64,000 bases of DNA from Chitinophaga pinensis. GTDB lineage: Bacteria > Bacteroidota > Bacteroidia > UBA7662. Below, in pieces: positions 19,739 to 30,104 of this stretch. The notes below the pieces were generated by a model that was not told the DNA's origin, did no database searches, and was given only the letters and a program-made list of their open reading frames with translations. Position numbers and translations under genes: made by a program. The stretch lies in the NCBI GenBank assembly GCA_945874665.1, contig CAMCHJ010000003.1, positions 12,497 to 76,496 on the forward strand, given 5' to 3'. Every line of letters begins with the position of its first letter. Within the stretch, counting starts at the first letter, position 1.

Positions 19739-21135
19739 TTGATGAGCTTTTGTTTTTGCGGTCCGTACGGTGGATACAGCATTTTGTTCACATTGAAACG
19801 AGTGAATTGATGGAAAACAGACTTTTCATGAGAAAAAGTTTTGAATCCAGCCAAGCCATGGTAATTGCCAAAACCACTTTGGTTGATGCCGCCAAAGGGC
19901 AATTCTGGATTGGTAATATGCACTACTACATCGTTGATGCAACTGCCACCAGAAGAAGTTTGCTGTAAAATTTGGTTGATTTTGAAGTCGTTTTTGCTGA
20001 AAACATACAAGGCCAACGGCTTATCGTGCGCATTGATGTAACTGATGGCATCTTGGGTGTGGTTTACACCTACCAAGGGTAAAATCGGTCCAAAAATCTC
20101 CTCTTGCATCACCAGCATGCTGCTGTCAACAGGGCTGATAACAGTTGGACTTAAACGCCTGTTTTCATCGTCGAAATGCCCTCCAAGTAATATTTTGGCT
20201 CCTTTTTCAGTGGCATCTTGCAATAAATGCCGCATCCGGTTGTAGTGTCGCTCGCTTACAATGGCCGACATGTCGGAAGAGGTTTCGTCTTTACTTTTGA
20301 AAGTTTCCATTGCCTTGCCAAGTGCTGCCACAAAAACCTCAATCATATCCTTGTTAATAAGCACATAATCCGGTGCAATGCAGGTTTGTCCCGCATTCAA
20401 AAACTTGCCCCACATCAATTTGGCTGCTGCAGTTTGCAAATCCGCCGATTCATCAATAATGGCAGGTGATTTACCGCCTAATTCGAGGGTCACGCCGGCC
20501 AAATGTTTGGCTGCTGCTTTCATAATTTCTCGGCCTACAGGCGTACTTCCTGTAAAAAAGATGTGGTGAAAAGGTTGTTCTAACAGGGCTTGTGATGCTT
20601 CTATGCCCCCTTCAACTACCCGTACTTCCTCGGGTGCAAAGGTACTGGCAATCACTTTGCCGATAATCTTGGTGGTATGGGGAGTGAATTCTGAAGGCTT
20701 GATGGTAACCGCGTTGCCCGCAGCCACAGCTGCAATCAAGGGGGCAAGTGCTAAATAAAATGGGTAGTTCCAGGGTGCAATGATCAAAACAACTCCTTTG
20801 GGCTCGTAATGAATCACCGATTTTCCTAGTAAAAAAGGGAAGTGGTTGCTTACGCGTTTGGGGCGCATCCAGTTGCTTAAATTTTTCTTGAAATACTTGA
20901 TTTCCATGTACAAAGGTGCTAGCTCCGTAAGCTTTACTTCAACCGATGGCTTCTTAAAATCTTCCCACATGGCCTGCATCAGCTCGTCTTCATGCGCGCT
21001 GATGGCCGCATGAAGGCGTTCCAGTTTAGCCACGCGTTCATTAGCGGTGGTGAGCCGCAGGCTGTGACTAAAAGTTAACTGCTCTTGGTACATGGTGTCA
21101 AGTAACGAGTTGGGCGGCTGAAGGTTTTTCTCCAT
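19714..21135 (-). CDS. aldehyde dehydrogenase (class 3-like)
   Basis: APWNYPF, KPSE, FTGST, LELGGKSP, GQTCIAPDY, EEIFGP, PFGGINQSG; start uncertain (21135 or 21183). Confidence 0.92.
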   Translation of the reverse strand: MEKNLQPPNSLLDTMYQEQLTFSHSLRLTTANERVAKLERLHAAISAHEDELMQAMWEDFKKPSVEVKLTELAPLYMEIKYFKKNLSNWMRPKRVSNHFPFLLGKSVIHYEPKGVVLIIAPWNYPFYLALAPLIAAVAAGNAVTIKPSEFTPHTTKIIGKVIASTFAPEEVRVVEGGIEASQALLEQPFHHIFFTGSTPVGREIMKAAAKHLAGVTLELGGKSPAIIDESADLQTAAAKLMWGKFLNAGQTCIAPDYVLINKDMIEVFVAALGKAMETFKSKDETSSDMSAIVSERHYNRMRHLLQDATEKGAKILLGGHFDDENRRLSPTVISPVDSSMLVMQEEIFGPILPLVGVNHTQDAISYINAHDKPLALYVFSKNDFKINQILQQTSSGGSCINDVVVHITNPELPFGGINQSGFGNYHGLAGFKTFSHEKSVFHQFTRFNVNKMLYPPYGPQKQKLIKWLMRLIK

Positions 21136-21199
21136 AGGATTTGGATGTGCGGTTAACAGCAATGGAGAACTGAAGTCCACCACGGTGCTAATGTATGGC

Positions 21200-22307
21200 T
21201 TAATTGTCTTTATTGTTCAAGGCACTTTCTTGCTGCTCCATCAGGTAGGCTTTGATAAACTCCTCCAGATCACCATCTAGTACAGCCTGTACATTGGATG
21301 TTTCGTAACCCGAACGCACATCTTTGATGAGTTTGTAGGGATGTAAAACGTAAGAACGTATCTGTGAGCCCCACTCAATTTTCTTCTTGGTAGCCTCAAT
21401 GGCGTCGCGGGCTTCGTTTCTTTTGCGAATTTCGAGCTCATAGAGCTGCGATTTTAGCATTTGCATGGCGCGCTCTTTGTTGCCAATCTGTGAGCGTTCT
21501 ACTTGGCACTGGATTTGAATGCCAGTGGGTTTGTGGAAGAGCTGCACCTTGGTTTCTACTTTGTTTACGTTTTGACCACCGGCACCACCTGAACGGGAGG
21601 TTTGAATCTCGATATCAGCTGGATTAATTTCAATTTCGATCGTATCGTCTACCAGGGGATAGGCATAAACCGAGGCAAACGACGTATGTCTGCGCGCATT
21701 TGAGTCAAAAGGGGAGATGCGCACCAAACGATGCACGCCATTTTCGCTTTTCAGGTAGCCATAGGCAAAATCGCCTTGAAACTCGAGTGTTACCGATTTA
21801 ATGCCGGCCTCGTCACCGTCTTGCAAGTCTAGTTCACGCACGGTATACCCTTGTCGCTCGCCGTACATGATGTACATGCGCATGAGCATCGACGCCCAAT
21901 CTTGACTCTCCGTGCCTCCTGCGCCTGAATTGATGGTGAGCACCGCGCTCATCTGATCTTCTTCACTGCGCAGCATGTTTTTGAACTCGAGCTTTTCGAA
22001 GAGCTGCACGGCGCTGTGATAATGCGCATCCAACTCATCAGCACTCAGTTCACCGGCTTGCTGAAACTCATAATATACTTCTAGATCGCCATAAGCGGCT
22101 GCTGCTTCGTCGTACATGGCCACCCATTGCTTGGGCATTTTGACCGATTTCATGAGTTTTTCGGCTTTTTCGGCATTGTCCCAAAAGCCAGGGGCCGTTG
22201 AACGGTCCTCAATGTCTTTGATCGCGGCTAATTTGCTATCGACGTCAAAGATACCTCCTCAGCGCTTCTAATCGCGCTCTCAAGTCTTCTAAATGCTCTG
22301 CTCTCAT
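21200..22307 (-). CDS. prfB: peptide chain release factor 2 (programmed +1 frameshift after codon 20)
   Basis: ORF0 [20 protein letters not shown] ends at CTT-TGA-C; the +1 frame continues [11 protein letters not shown] into the ORF carrying the SPF and GGQ motifs; length 1108 = 3x369+1. Confidence 0.96.
22244..22259 (-). promoter_or_regulatory. prfB frameshift cassette (internal SD AGGAGG, 3-nt spacer, CTT TGA C)
   Basis: Minus strand reads AGGAGG TAT CTT TGA C. Confidence 0.95.
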
Positions 22308-22353
22308 AAGGCTGCTAAGATAGTGGTTTTGCTTGAAAAGTGGACTGTGGCGG

Positions 22354-22728
22354 CTATCTTCCCCAATTATTGGGAAACCATACGTCTTCATAATGGATGA
22401 TTTCTATGGGCATTGGTCTTAAAATCACATAAAATAAATCAAACCGAATTTCACCTTCAAAAGGCGCTTGTTCCAAATATTGAATGGCTGCTTTGGTAAG
22501 GGAACGAAATTTAGATCGATTTACTTTTTGCGCTGGCGGTAATACATAGCCGTTTTCGAAGGTCTTTACCTCCACAAAAACCAAGATTTCAGCGATTTTA
22601 ACCACCAAATCGAGTTCATAAGGGTGAAAGCGCCAGTTTTTGGCCATGATTTCAAATCCTTTTTCTTCTAGGTAATTGGCCACTAATGTTTCACCATGCA
22701 AGCCAGTTTGCGTATTTTTGGAGTTCAT
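22354..22728 (-). CDS. yraN: YraN family (UPF0102) putative endonuclease
   Basis: GLHGE.LVA.YL...G, NWR, ELDLV, LVFVEVK, IRFD. Confidence 0.88.
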   Translation of the reverse strand: MNSKNTQTGLHGETLVANYLEEKGFEIMAKNWRFHPYELDLVVKIAEILVFVEVKTFENGYVLPPAQKVNRSKFRSLTKAAIQYLEQAPFEGEIRFDLFYVILRPMPIEIIHYEDVWFPNNWGR

Positions 22729-22738
22729 AAGCGTCCTT

Positions 22739-22756
22739 GTGACATTAAATTGTCAC
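22739..22756. promoter_or_regulatory. palindromic putative operator GTGACA-N6-TGTCAC between divergent yraN and pgi
   Basis: Perfect 6-bp arms in a 43-bp intergenic region. Confidence 0.4.
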
Positions 22757-22771
22757 TTAAATATAAAAAGC

Positions 22772-24421
22772 ATGTTATCTCGAATCAAGCCAACTAAAAC
22801 AAATGCGTGGAAACAACTGACAGCACATCAGGCTGAAATGGCTTCGGTGCATCTGCGGCAGCTGTTTGCAGCTGATCCTGACCGTTTCAAGACCTATTCA
22901 ATTGTTTGGAATCAGTTTTTGGTGGATTATTCAAAAAACAGAGTAACGCCTGCCATCTTGCAACATTTGCTGGCTTTGGCAGAAGAATGTGAACTGGCGC
23001 AGAGCATCGCACAGTGCTTTGGGGGTGAGGCGATCAACGAGACTGAAAAGCGAGCTGTACTGCATACAGCCCTGCGGAACCGAGGCAGTAACCCGGTATT
23101 TGTGGATGGCGAAGATGTAATGCCCGCAATTAAAGCGGTTTTGGCACAAATGAAAACCTTCTCCACGGCCGTGATAAGTGGTAACTGGAAAGGGTATACC
23201 GGAAAGAGCATCACGGATGTTGTAAATATTGGCATTGGGGGCTCTGATTTAGGGCCTGTAATGGTGACAGAAGCTTTAAAAGCTTACAAAACGCACCTGA
23301 ACATGCATTTTGTGTCGAATGTAGATGGTACACACTTGGCGGAATGTTTAAAAGGACTAAATCCTGAAACTACTTTGTTTTTGGTGGCATCCAAGACCTT
23401 CACCACCCAAGAAACCATGACCAATGCCCACAGTGCCCGCACTTGGTTTTTGCAAACGGCCAAAGAGGAAGCCTACATTAGCAAACATTTCGTGGCCTTA
23501 TCTACCAATACCAAGGCAGTGGTTGCGTTTGGCATCGATGCAAACAATATGTTTCAGTTTTGGGATTGGGTGGGTGGCAGATACAGTTTGTGGTCGGCTA
23601 TTGGTTTGAGTATTGCGCTGGGCATAGGCTTTGACCACTTTGAGGCGTTATTAGCCGGCGCGCACCAAATGGATCAACACTTTTTAAACACTGATTTCAA
23701 GCAGAATATCCCTGTAATGCTGGCTTTGATAGGTATTTGGAATACCAATTTCTTGGGCGCAACCTCAGAGGCCATTTTGCCATATGACCAATATTTACAC
23801 CGATTCGCGGCCTATTTTCAGCAAGGCAACATGGAAAGCAATGGCAAAACCGTTGATCGCAATGGTGAGCGCATTGACTACAGCACAGGCCCAGTCATTT
23901 GGGGAGAGCCAGGTACCAATGGCCAGCACGCCTTTTATCAGCTCATTCACCAAGGCAGTCACCTCATTCCTTGCGATTTTATTGCTCCTGTAAAGAGTTT
24001 AAATCCGCTTGGCGACCACCATCCTAAACTGATGGCCAACTTTTTTGCACAAACGGAGGCGTTGATGAACGGTAAAAACTTAGAGGAGGTAAAGAAAGAA
24101 TTGGCGAATTTGGGCTTCAGCGATGCAGAAATTACAGCCCTAGCTCCCTACAAAGTATTCGAAGGAAACAAGCCCACCAATTCAATACTGATTGATCAAA
24201 TCGATCCATTTAACCTAGGGGCGCTGATTGCCATGTATGAACACAAGATTTTTGTACAAGGTGTAATCTGGAACATTTACAGTTACGACCAGTGGGGTGT
24301 GGAGCTGGGTAAGCAACTGGCTGGCGCCATTCTTCCTGAATTGCTGCAAGCATCAGAAGTCAAGAATCACGACAGCTCCACCAACGGACTTATCAACCAT
24401 TTTAAGCGTCATGCCCAGTAA
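22772..24421 (+). CDS. pgi: glucose-6-phosphate isomerase
   Basis: [41 protein letters not shown]; start MLSRIKP. Confidence 0.97.
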   Translation: MLSRIKPTKTNAWKQLTAHQAEMASVHLRQLFAADPDRFKTYSIVWNQFLVDYSKNRVTPAILQHLLALAEECELAQSIAQCFGGEAINETEKRAVLHTALRNRGSNPVFVDGEDVMPAIKAVLAQMKTFSTAVISGNWKGYTGKSITDVVNIGIGGSDLGPVMVTEALKAYKTHLNMHFVSNVDGTHLAECLKGLNPETTLFLVASKTFTTQETMTNAHSARTWFLQTAKEEAYISKHFVALSTNTKAVVAFGIDANNMFQFWDWVGGRYSLWSAIGLSIALGIGFDHFEALLAGAHQMDQHFLNTDFKQNIPVMLALIGIWNTNFLGATSEAILPYDQYLHRFAAYFQQGNMESNGKTVDRNGERIDYSTGPVIWGEPGTNGQHAFYQLIHQGSHLIPCDFIAPVKSLNPLGDHHPKLMANFFAQTEALMNGKNLEEVKKELANLGFSDAEITALAPYKVFEGNKPTNSILIDQIDPFNLGALIAMYEHKIFVQGVIWNIYSYDQWGVELGKQLAGAILPELLQASEVKNHDSSTNGLINHFKRHAQ

Positions 24422-24443
24422 GGGGAGCATGTTTCGTTTAAAC

Positions 24444-24451
24444 TAATTTTG
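24444..24451 (+). promoter_or_regulatory. -7 promoter box for manA-lipB
   Basis: TAATTTTG 16 nt before the ATG. Confidence 0.55.
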
Positions 24452-24467
24452 ACGTTATAACCGCACT

Positions 24468-25460
24468 ATGAACATCAATTACCCGCTGAAATTTCAGCCC
24501 ATTTATAAGGAAAAGATTTGGGGTGGCCAGAAAATCAAGACCATCCTCGACAAAAACTTTGGTAATCTCCCCAATTGTGGCGAAAGCTGGGAATTATCGG
24601 GTGTTTCTGGCGATGTTTCTGTGGTGACCAACGGGCCACTGGCTGGCACCGATCTCAACCAGCTATTGGCCGAAGCCGGTGAAAGTTTGATGGGAAAGCG
24701 TGTTTATGCGGCAAGTCCTAATGAATTCCCGCTGCTCATCAAATTTCTAGACGCCAACGAGTACCTCTCTATTCAGGTGCACCCTAACGATGAGCAGGCC
24801 AAAGCCAAGCACGGCTGTTTGGGCAAAACCGAAATGTGGTACATACTACAAGCCGATCCAGCTGCCACATTGATAGCTGGTTTGAGTAAAAATACAGACC
24901 GACAAGCCTATCAAGCGCTGCTGGCCAATAACGGTTTGAAAGAAATTCTCAACGAAGAGCAAGTGGCCGCTGGTGATGTGTTTTTTATTCCTGCAGGCCG
25001 CGTGCATACCATCGGAAAAGGCATTTTACTCGCAGAAATTCAACAAACAAGCGATGTTACCTACCGCATTTATGATTTTGATAGGGTAGATGCGCAGGGC
25101 AAAAAGCGGGAGCTTCATACGGCCCAAGCGCTCGAGGTGATCGACTTTAAAAAGCATGATCAATATAAATCTACTTACCAAGATTTACCAAATCAATCCA
25201 ACCAATTGGTTTCGGACAAGTACTTCGAAACCAATAAACTCACCCTCACCCGTTCTTTACAGCGCGAGCTATTACAGCTCGACTCGTTCATCATTTATAT
25301 TTGCGTGGAAGGCAGCGGTAGCATAACGGCAGGTACATCAACGGTAGCCATCAAAAAAGGCGAAACAGTTTTAATTCCTGCTAGCATAGCCACGATCAGC
25401 CTGCTGCCAAACGAAACATTGACCTTACTAGAAACGTATGTGCCTCATGCCCATGAATGA
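24468..25460 (+). CDS. manA: type I mannose-6-phosphate isomerase
   Basis: IWGG, GESWELS, FPLLIKFLDA, LSIQVHP, GKTEMWY, EIQQTSDVTYR. Confidence 0.94.
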   Translation: MNINYPLKFQPIYKEKIWGGQKIKTILDKNFGNLPNCGESWELSGVSGDVSVVTNGPLAGTDLNQLLAEAGESLMGKRVYAASPNEFPLLIKFLDANEYLSIQVHPNDEQAKAKHGCLGKTEMWYILQADPAATLIAGLSKNTDRQAYQALLANNGLKEILNEEQVAAGDVFFIPAGRVHTIGKGILLAEIQQTSDVTYRIYDFDRVDAQGKKRELHTAQALEVIDFKKHDQYKSTYQDLPNQSNQLVSDKYFETNKLTLTRSLQRELLQLDSFIIYICVEGSGSITAGTSTVAIKKGETVLIPASIATISLLPNETLTLLETYVPHAHE

Positions 25461-26154
25461 GGTAAAAGTACTCGACCTTGGCCGCAGGGATTACCAAGCC
25501 GCTTGGGACTACCAAGAACAGCTTTTTAATGCCAAATTGCGTTTAAAAACTGCAAACCGAGACCTTTCTCCAGAAAATCAACAGGCCATTTCCCATGAAT
25601 TGCTCTTTGTAGAGCATCCACATGTATATACTTTAGGAAAAAGCGGCAAACCAGAGCACCTGCTCTTAAACGAGGCGGAGTTACGAGCCGCTGAGGCTAC
25701 CTATTACAAAATCAACCGCGGCGGTGACATTACCTACCATGGTCCCGGACAGTTGGTTGTGTATCCGCTGCTCGACCTCGAGCAATTTAAAACCGACATT
25801 CACTGGTACATGCGCTCGTTGGAAGAAGCTGTGATTCAAACCCTAGCCAAATGGGGTATCGTAGGAGGGCGCTCGGCTGGTTTTACTGGCGTTTGGTTAG
25901 ATGCAGCCGAGGAAACCAAAGCCCGAAAAATTTGCGCAATGGGAGTACGTACCAGTCGTTGGATTACCATGCACGGCATTGCCCTCAACGTAAATACCGA
26001 TATGCGTTACTTTGAGCACATTGTACCCTGTGGTATCGAGGATAAGGCAGTTACTTCGATGGCCACAGAGTTAGGTGAATCTGTTTCAATGGATGCCGTA
26101 AAGCTTCACTTTCAACAAGCCTTCAGCGAAGTGTTTGGTGCCGAAATGCGTTGA
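25453..26154 (+). CDS. lipB: lipoyl(octanoyl) transferase
   Basis: EHPHVYTLG, RGGDITYHGPGQ, KICAMG, HGIALNVN, IVPCG. Confidence 0.96.
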   Translation: MNEVKVLDLGRRDYQAAWDYQEQLFNAKLRLKTANRDLSPENQQAISHELLFVEHPHVYTLGKSGKPEHLLLNEAELRAAEATYYKINRGGDITYHGPGQLVVYPLLDLEQFKTDIHWYMRSLEEAVIQTLAKWGIVGGRSAGFTGVWLDAAEETKARKICAMGVRTSRWITMHGIALNVNTDMRYFEHIVPCGIEDKAVTSMATELGESVSMDAVKLHFQQAFSEVFGAEMR

Positions 26155-26225
26155 TTTTATCTCAAATCAAGCATTTAGGTACATTTTATAGAGAATAACA
26201 TACACCGCTTTGGCGTTGGAATGGT

Positions 26226-26233
26226 TAGATTTG
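26226..26233 (+). promoter_or_regulatory. -7 promoter box for the AsmA-family gene
   Basis: TAGATTTG 14 nt before ATG 26248, which supports that start over 26221. Confidence 0.55.
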
Positions 26234-26247
26234 TACAAAGCCAATTT

Positions 26248-29124
26248 ATGTTTAAGAAAATCCTTATCGGCAGCTCCGCCCTTATTGCGCTGGTTTTAGT
26301 TGCGGCCATCGTGCTTCCAATTGTTTACAAAGACAAAATCAAGTCACTAGCGGTTGCCGAAATCAATAAATCCCTCCAAGCAACAGTAAGCTTGAGCGAT
26401 GTAAGTCTTAGTCTTTTCCGCAATTTCCCCAATTTCAGCTTTAGCATGGAAGACTTCACCATCATTAACCATGCGCCCTTTGAGGGAGATACTTTGGCGC
26501 ACATGGGTGCTTTTAGGTTTGAAATTGATTTGATGTCGGTGCTCCGTGGTGACGATTTAAACATCAAATCGATTGCCATTGCCGATGCCCATTTTAATCT
26601 CAAAATGCTGGCAGATGAGTCGGTAAACTGGGACATTACCATTGCCGATACCACACAAGTAGAAGATACCACAGCGTCAGCTTTCGCCTTCGGCATCCAG
26701 AAATACAGCTTAAAAAATGTGAACCTCACCTACGACGATGCTTTTTACAAGCAAAAGGCGGTCATTAAAGCAATGGACCACGTAGGTACAGGCGATTTTA
26801 CATTGGATGATTTTATATTAAAAACCAAGACCGAAATCGCCTCCCTCGATTACAGCTACGAAGGGGTAAAATACATTTCCAAAGCCAAAGGCAAGTTCGA
26901 TGTGCCGGTTGCGATCAACATGCCTGCTTTCAGTTTTACATTCACTGAAAACGACCTTTATCTCAACGAACTCAACCTCAAATTCGCTGGCGTTGTGGCC
27001 ATGCCAAACGATGACATCAGCATGGACTTGGTCTTTAATACGCCCCAAAGCGATTTCCGGGCCTTGCTTTCAGTAGTGCCAGGGGTTTTCAACGAATATT
27101 TTGAAGACATCAAAACTTCCGGAAAATTCATTTTTGATGGTAAGATGAAAGGAGTGTATAACGATACCAGTATGCCTACTTTCGACTTCAAGTTACGCGT
27201 TGATAAGGGGTACTTCCAATACCCAGATTTGCCGGCAGCTGTGAAAAACATTGTCATGGACCTGCACATTGCCAATCCAAACGGCAATTTAGATGCCACG
27301 GTAGTCGATTTAAAGACGTTAAGTCTCGATCTCGGCGGTAATCCCTTCAGCATGCGCTTGCTCACCAGTCACCCTGTGAGCGATCCGCGTATCGATGCTT
27401 CTGTAAAAGCCAACATCAACTTGGCTGAAGTAAAAAACTGGTACCCTGTTGAAGCGGTGAAAGCCCTTGACGGCCGCATTTCAGCCGATTTAACAGCCAA
27501 AGGCAAAATGAGCGCCATCGATCAAAAGCGTTTCAGCGATTTTGTGTTAGATGGACAAATGACTTTGACAGATTTTCACACCACTTATGAAGGCCTCGAA
27601 CAAGGTGTTGATATCAAAAAAGCCAGCCTGCGTTTTAGTCCCCAATTTGTATCCCTCGACGAATTTGCCGTTCAAATGGGGTCCAGTGATTTTCAAGCCA
27701 ACGGCCGCATTGATAACCTGGTACAATATTATTTTGATGCCGATGTTTTGAGAGGCACATTCAATACTTCCTCTAAGGTCCTCAACCTGAACGAACTCAT
27801 GGGCGATGGGGAAGTGACCAGTAGTGAGGCCTCCGCTGCGGACAGCAACACGCTTGAAGTCTTTGAAATACCTGCTAACATTGATTTTGCGCTCAACGCC
27901 AACTATAAAAAGGTGCTTTACGACAATATGGACATCTCCAATGTGGTTGGAGCGCTTGTTTTGCGTGATCAAGCAATTGGTTTTAAGGATGTGAGCATGA
28001 ATCTTTTAGGGGGCACCATGCAAATGGGTGGCACTTATGATAGTAAGGATATCAAAAGGCCGGCCATCGACTTCAACCTTGCCTTGCAAGCGTTTGGGGT
28101 GCAAGAAATATTCAAAACCTTTGTCACCATGCAAAAAGTGGCACCGATTGCGCAGTACACCAGCGGTAATTTGAGTACTGGTTTTGACTTAGAAGGGGTG
28201 CTGTTAAAAGACATGAGTCCGGACCTCCAAACACTTTCTGGCGGTGGGTTTCTCAAAATCCCCAGGGCCACCATTTCCGGTTACAAGCCTTTAGAAATGC
28301 TGGCGGATGTGCTAAAGCTGGATAAATTGCGCAAAATGATGATCAGCGATGTGCAATTATCTTTCGAATTCGAAAATGGCCGCTTGTATGTACGGCCATT
28401 CGATATTCAGTATCAGGACATTAAATTCACCATTTTTGGCTCTAATGGTTTTGACCAAACTTTAGATTACACCATTAACCTAGCCATTCCACGCACGCAA
28501 CTGGGTACTGCCAACACTTTCCTGACAGGCATTTCGAAGCAAGCTGCAGCTAAGGGCATTGATTTAAATCTTTCTCCGATCATCAATATTAAAGTGCATT
28601 TGACGGGTACTCATACCAATCCTAAAATTACTACCGACTTAGGCGACATGGCTGGGGATGCCGCTGCTAACCTCAAGCAGCAGGCCATCGACGAGCTTGC
28701 CCGACGTAAAAAGGAGTTGGAAGACAAGGCAAAGGCAGAAGCCGAGCGTTTGAAGCAAGAAATAGCAGGTAAAAAGGACGAATTAGAGAAAAAAGCACGC
28801 CAGGAATTGGATAAAAAGCGTCAGCAAGCCAAAGCGGAAGCCGATAAGCTTTTGGCCGATGCCAAAGTGCAAAGCGATCGGCTGCGCGCCGAAGGCAAAC
28901 GAGCTGCTGATGTGATTAGAAAGGAAGGGGATGCTGCTGTTAAAAAACTTGTAGCCGAGGCAGGTAGCAATCCTCTTAAAAAGTTAGCAGCTGAAAAGGC
29001 AGGCGAACAGCTTAAAAAACAGGCGGAAACGCGTGCGCAACAGGCCGAAAGAGAAGCCAATACCCGTGCTGACCAATTGATGGCAGAGGCTCAGGCGCGC
29101 GTTAACCAATTGCTTAATCCTTAA
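26248..29124 (+). CDS. AsmA-family intermembrane lipid-transfer protein with C-terminal coiled-coil tail
   Basis: Single N-terminal TM, SLSLFRNFP motif, long beta-rich body, AsmA-like C region, Ala/Lys/Glu-rich helical tail. Confidence 0.82.
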   Translation: MFKKILIGSSALIALVLVAAIVLPIVYKDKIKSLAVAEINKSLQATVSLSDVSLSLFRNFPNFSFSMEDFTIINHAPFEGDTLAHMGAFRFEIDLMSVLRGDDLNIKSIAIADAHFNLKMLADESVNWDITIADTTQVEDTTASAFAFGIQKYSLKNVNLTYDDAFYKQKAVIKAMDHVGTGDFTLDDFILKTKTEIASLDYSYEGVKYISKAKGKFDVPVAINMPAFSFTFTENDLYLNELNLKFAGVVAMPNDDISMDLVFNTPQSDFRALLSVVPGVFNEYFEDIKTSGKFIFDGKMKGVYNDTSMPTFDFKLRVDKGYFQYPDLPAAVKNIVMDLHIANPNGNLDATVVDLKTLSLDLGGNPFSMRLLTSHPVSDPRIDASVKANINLAEVKNWYPVEAVKALDGRISADLTAKGKMSAIDQKRFSDFVLDGQMTLTDFHTTYEGLEQGVDIKKASLRFSPQFVSLDEFAVQMGSSDFQANGRIDNLVQYYFDADVLRGTFNTSSKVLNLNELMGDGEVTSSEASAADSNTLEVFEIPANIDFALNANYKKVLYDNMDISNVVGALVLRDQAIGFKDVSMNLLGGTMQMGGTYDSKDIKRPAIDFNLALQAFGVQEIFKTFVTMQKVAPIAQYTSGNLSTGFDLEGVLLKDMSPDLQTLSGGGFLKIPRATISGYKPLEMLADVLKLDKLRKMMISDVQLSFEFENGRLYVRPFDIQYQDIKFTIFGSNGFDQTLDYTINLAIPRTQLGTANTFLTGISKQAAAKGIDLNLSPIINIKVHLTGTHTNPKITTDLGDMAGDAAANLKQQAIDELARRKKELEDKAKAEAERLKQEIAGKKDELEKKARQELDKKRQQAKAEADKLLADAKVQSDRLRAEGKRAADVIRKEGDAAVKKLVAEAGSNPLKKLAAEKAGEQLKKQAETRAQQAEREANTRADQLMAEAQARVNQLLNP

Positions 29125-29138
29125 ACGTGGCCACTAAA

Positions 29139-29579
29139 ATGCAAGTAGATTCATTTATGGCTGCAGCCATTGCAGAAGCAAAGGCAGGTTTAGCGGAGGG
29201 AGGCATTCCCATCGGCGCTGTGTTGGTGCAACATGGCCAAATCATTGCCCGGGGTCGCAACAAACGGGTGCAAGAGCACAACCCCATCCTCCATGGTGAG
29301 ATGGACTGCTTGTTTAATGCGGGCCGTGTAGGCAGTTATAAAAATACGGTCATCTATTCAACACTTATGCCTTGCTATATGTGCGCAGGAACCATCGTTC
29401 AATTCAAAATCCCGAAAGTGATTGTGGGCGAGTCCAAAACATTCTCTGGCGCTCGGGCCTTTATGGAAGCGCATGGGGTGGAGGTAATCGATTTAAACGA
29501 TGCTACTTGTATCGATATGATGGAAGGCTTCATACAGCAGTCACCAGAGTTGTGGAACGAAGACATAGGGGAGTTGTAG
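29139..29579 (+). CDS. cytosine/nucleoside deaminase (yeast Fcy1-like)
   Basis: EGGIPIG, LHGEMDC, STLMPCYMC zinc motif, WNEDIGE C-terminus. Confidence 0.88.
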   Translation: MQVDSFMAAAIAEAKAGLAEGGIPIGAVLVQHGQIIARGRNKRVQEHNPILHGEMDCLFNAGRVGSYKNTVIYSTLMPCYMCAGTIVQFKIPKVIVGESKTFSGARAFMEAHGVEVIDLNDATCIDMMEGFIQQSPELWNEDIGEL

Positions 29580-29630
29580 CGCCTGCACCACCTTGTGCTT
29601 GTTATGCCTGCCTTTAAAATCTCAGGAAAC

Positions 29631-29665
29631 AAAAAAGCCGTTGTTCTTTCGAGCAACGGCTTTTT
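29631..29665. terminator. bidirectional intrinsic terminator between the deaminase gene and rplS
   Basis: AAAAAAGCCGTTGTTC-TTTC-GAGCAACGGCTTTTT. Confidence 0.88.
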
Positions 29666-29681
29666 ATGTAATAAGCTAAAA

Positions 29682-30026
29682 TTAGCGCTTGGTCTTGATT
29701 TTGGCGGCTTTGCCTTTTGCTTCACGCAAGTAGAACAAACGGGCACGACGTACGAGACCTCTGTTCAATACTTCTACTTTGTCGATGTAAGGTGACGCAG
29801 AAGGGAAGATACGCTCTACAGCGATACCGTTAGAGATTTTACGTACTGTGAAAGTTTCAGTGGTGCCGCTACCACGACGCTGCAAAACTACGCCTTGGAA
29901 AACCTGGATACGCTCCTTGTTACCTTCTTTAATTTTGTAGTGCACAGCTACCGTATCACCCGCTTTAAAGGGGTTCAGGTCAACACCAACTTTAGTATTT
30001 TCTGCTACAAATTTTACCAGGTCCAT
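29682..30026 (-). CDS. rplS: 50S ribosomal protein bL19
   Basis: [49 protein letters not shown]. Confidence 0.98.
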   Translation of the reverse strand: MDLVKFVAENTKVGVDLNPFKAGDTVAVHYKIKEGNKERIQVFQGVVLQRRGSGTTETFTVRKISNGIAVERIFPSASPYIDKVEVLNRGLVRRARLFYLREAKGKAAKIKTKR

Positions 30027-30060
30027 GATATTATGATTATTCTTTTTTCGAAACGAGATG

Positions 30061-30090
30061 CAAATATACGGTTTTACATATTAACGCAAA
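30061..30090 (-). promoter_or_regulatory. primary-sigma promoter for rplS (TTTG-N18-TATATTTG)
   Basis: Both Bacteroidota boxes at near-canonical spacing. Confidence 0.75.
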
Positions 30091-30104
30091 ACATAAATGC
30101 GTAA

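Noticed and set aside
21200-22307. prfB as a pseudogene or sequencing error
   Set aside because: The break is the canonical SD + CTT-TGA-C programmed frameshift
22676-22771. Long N-terminal extensions given by the ORF track (pgi, amn, FKBP, E1, maf, cdd, speA and others)
   Set aside because: They overlap neighbouring genes or include the promoter boxes; downstream ATGs match family N-termini better
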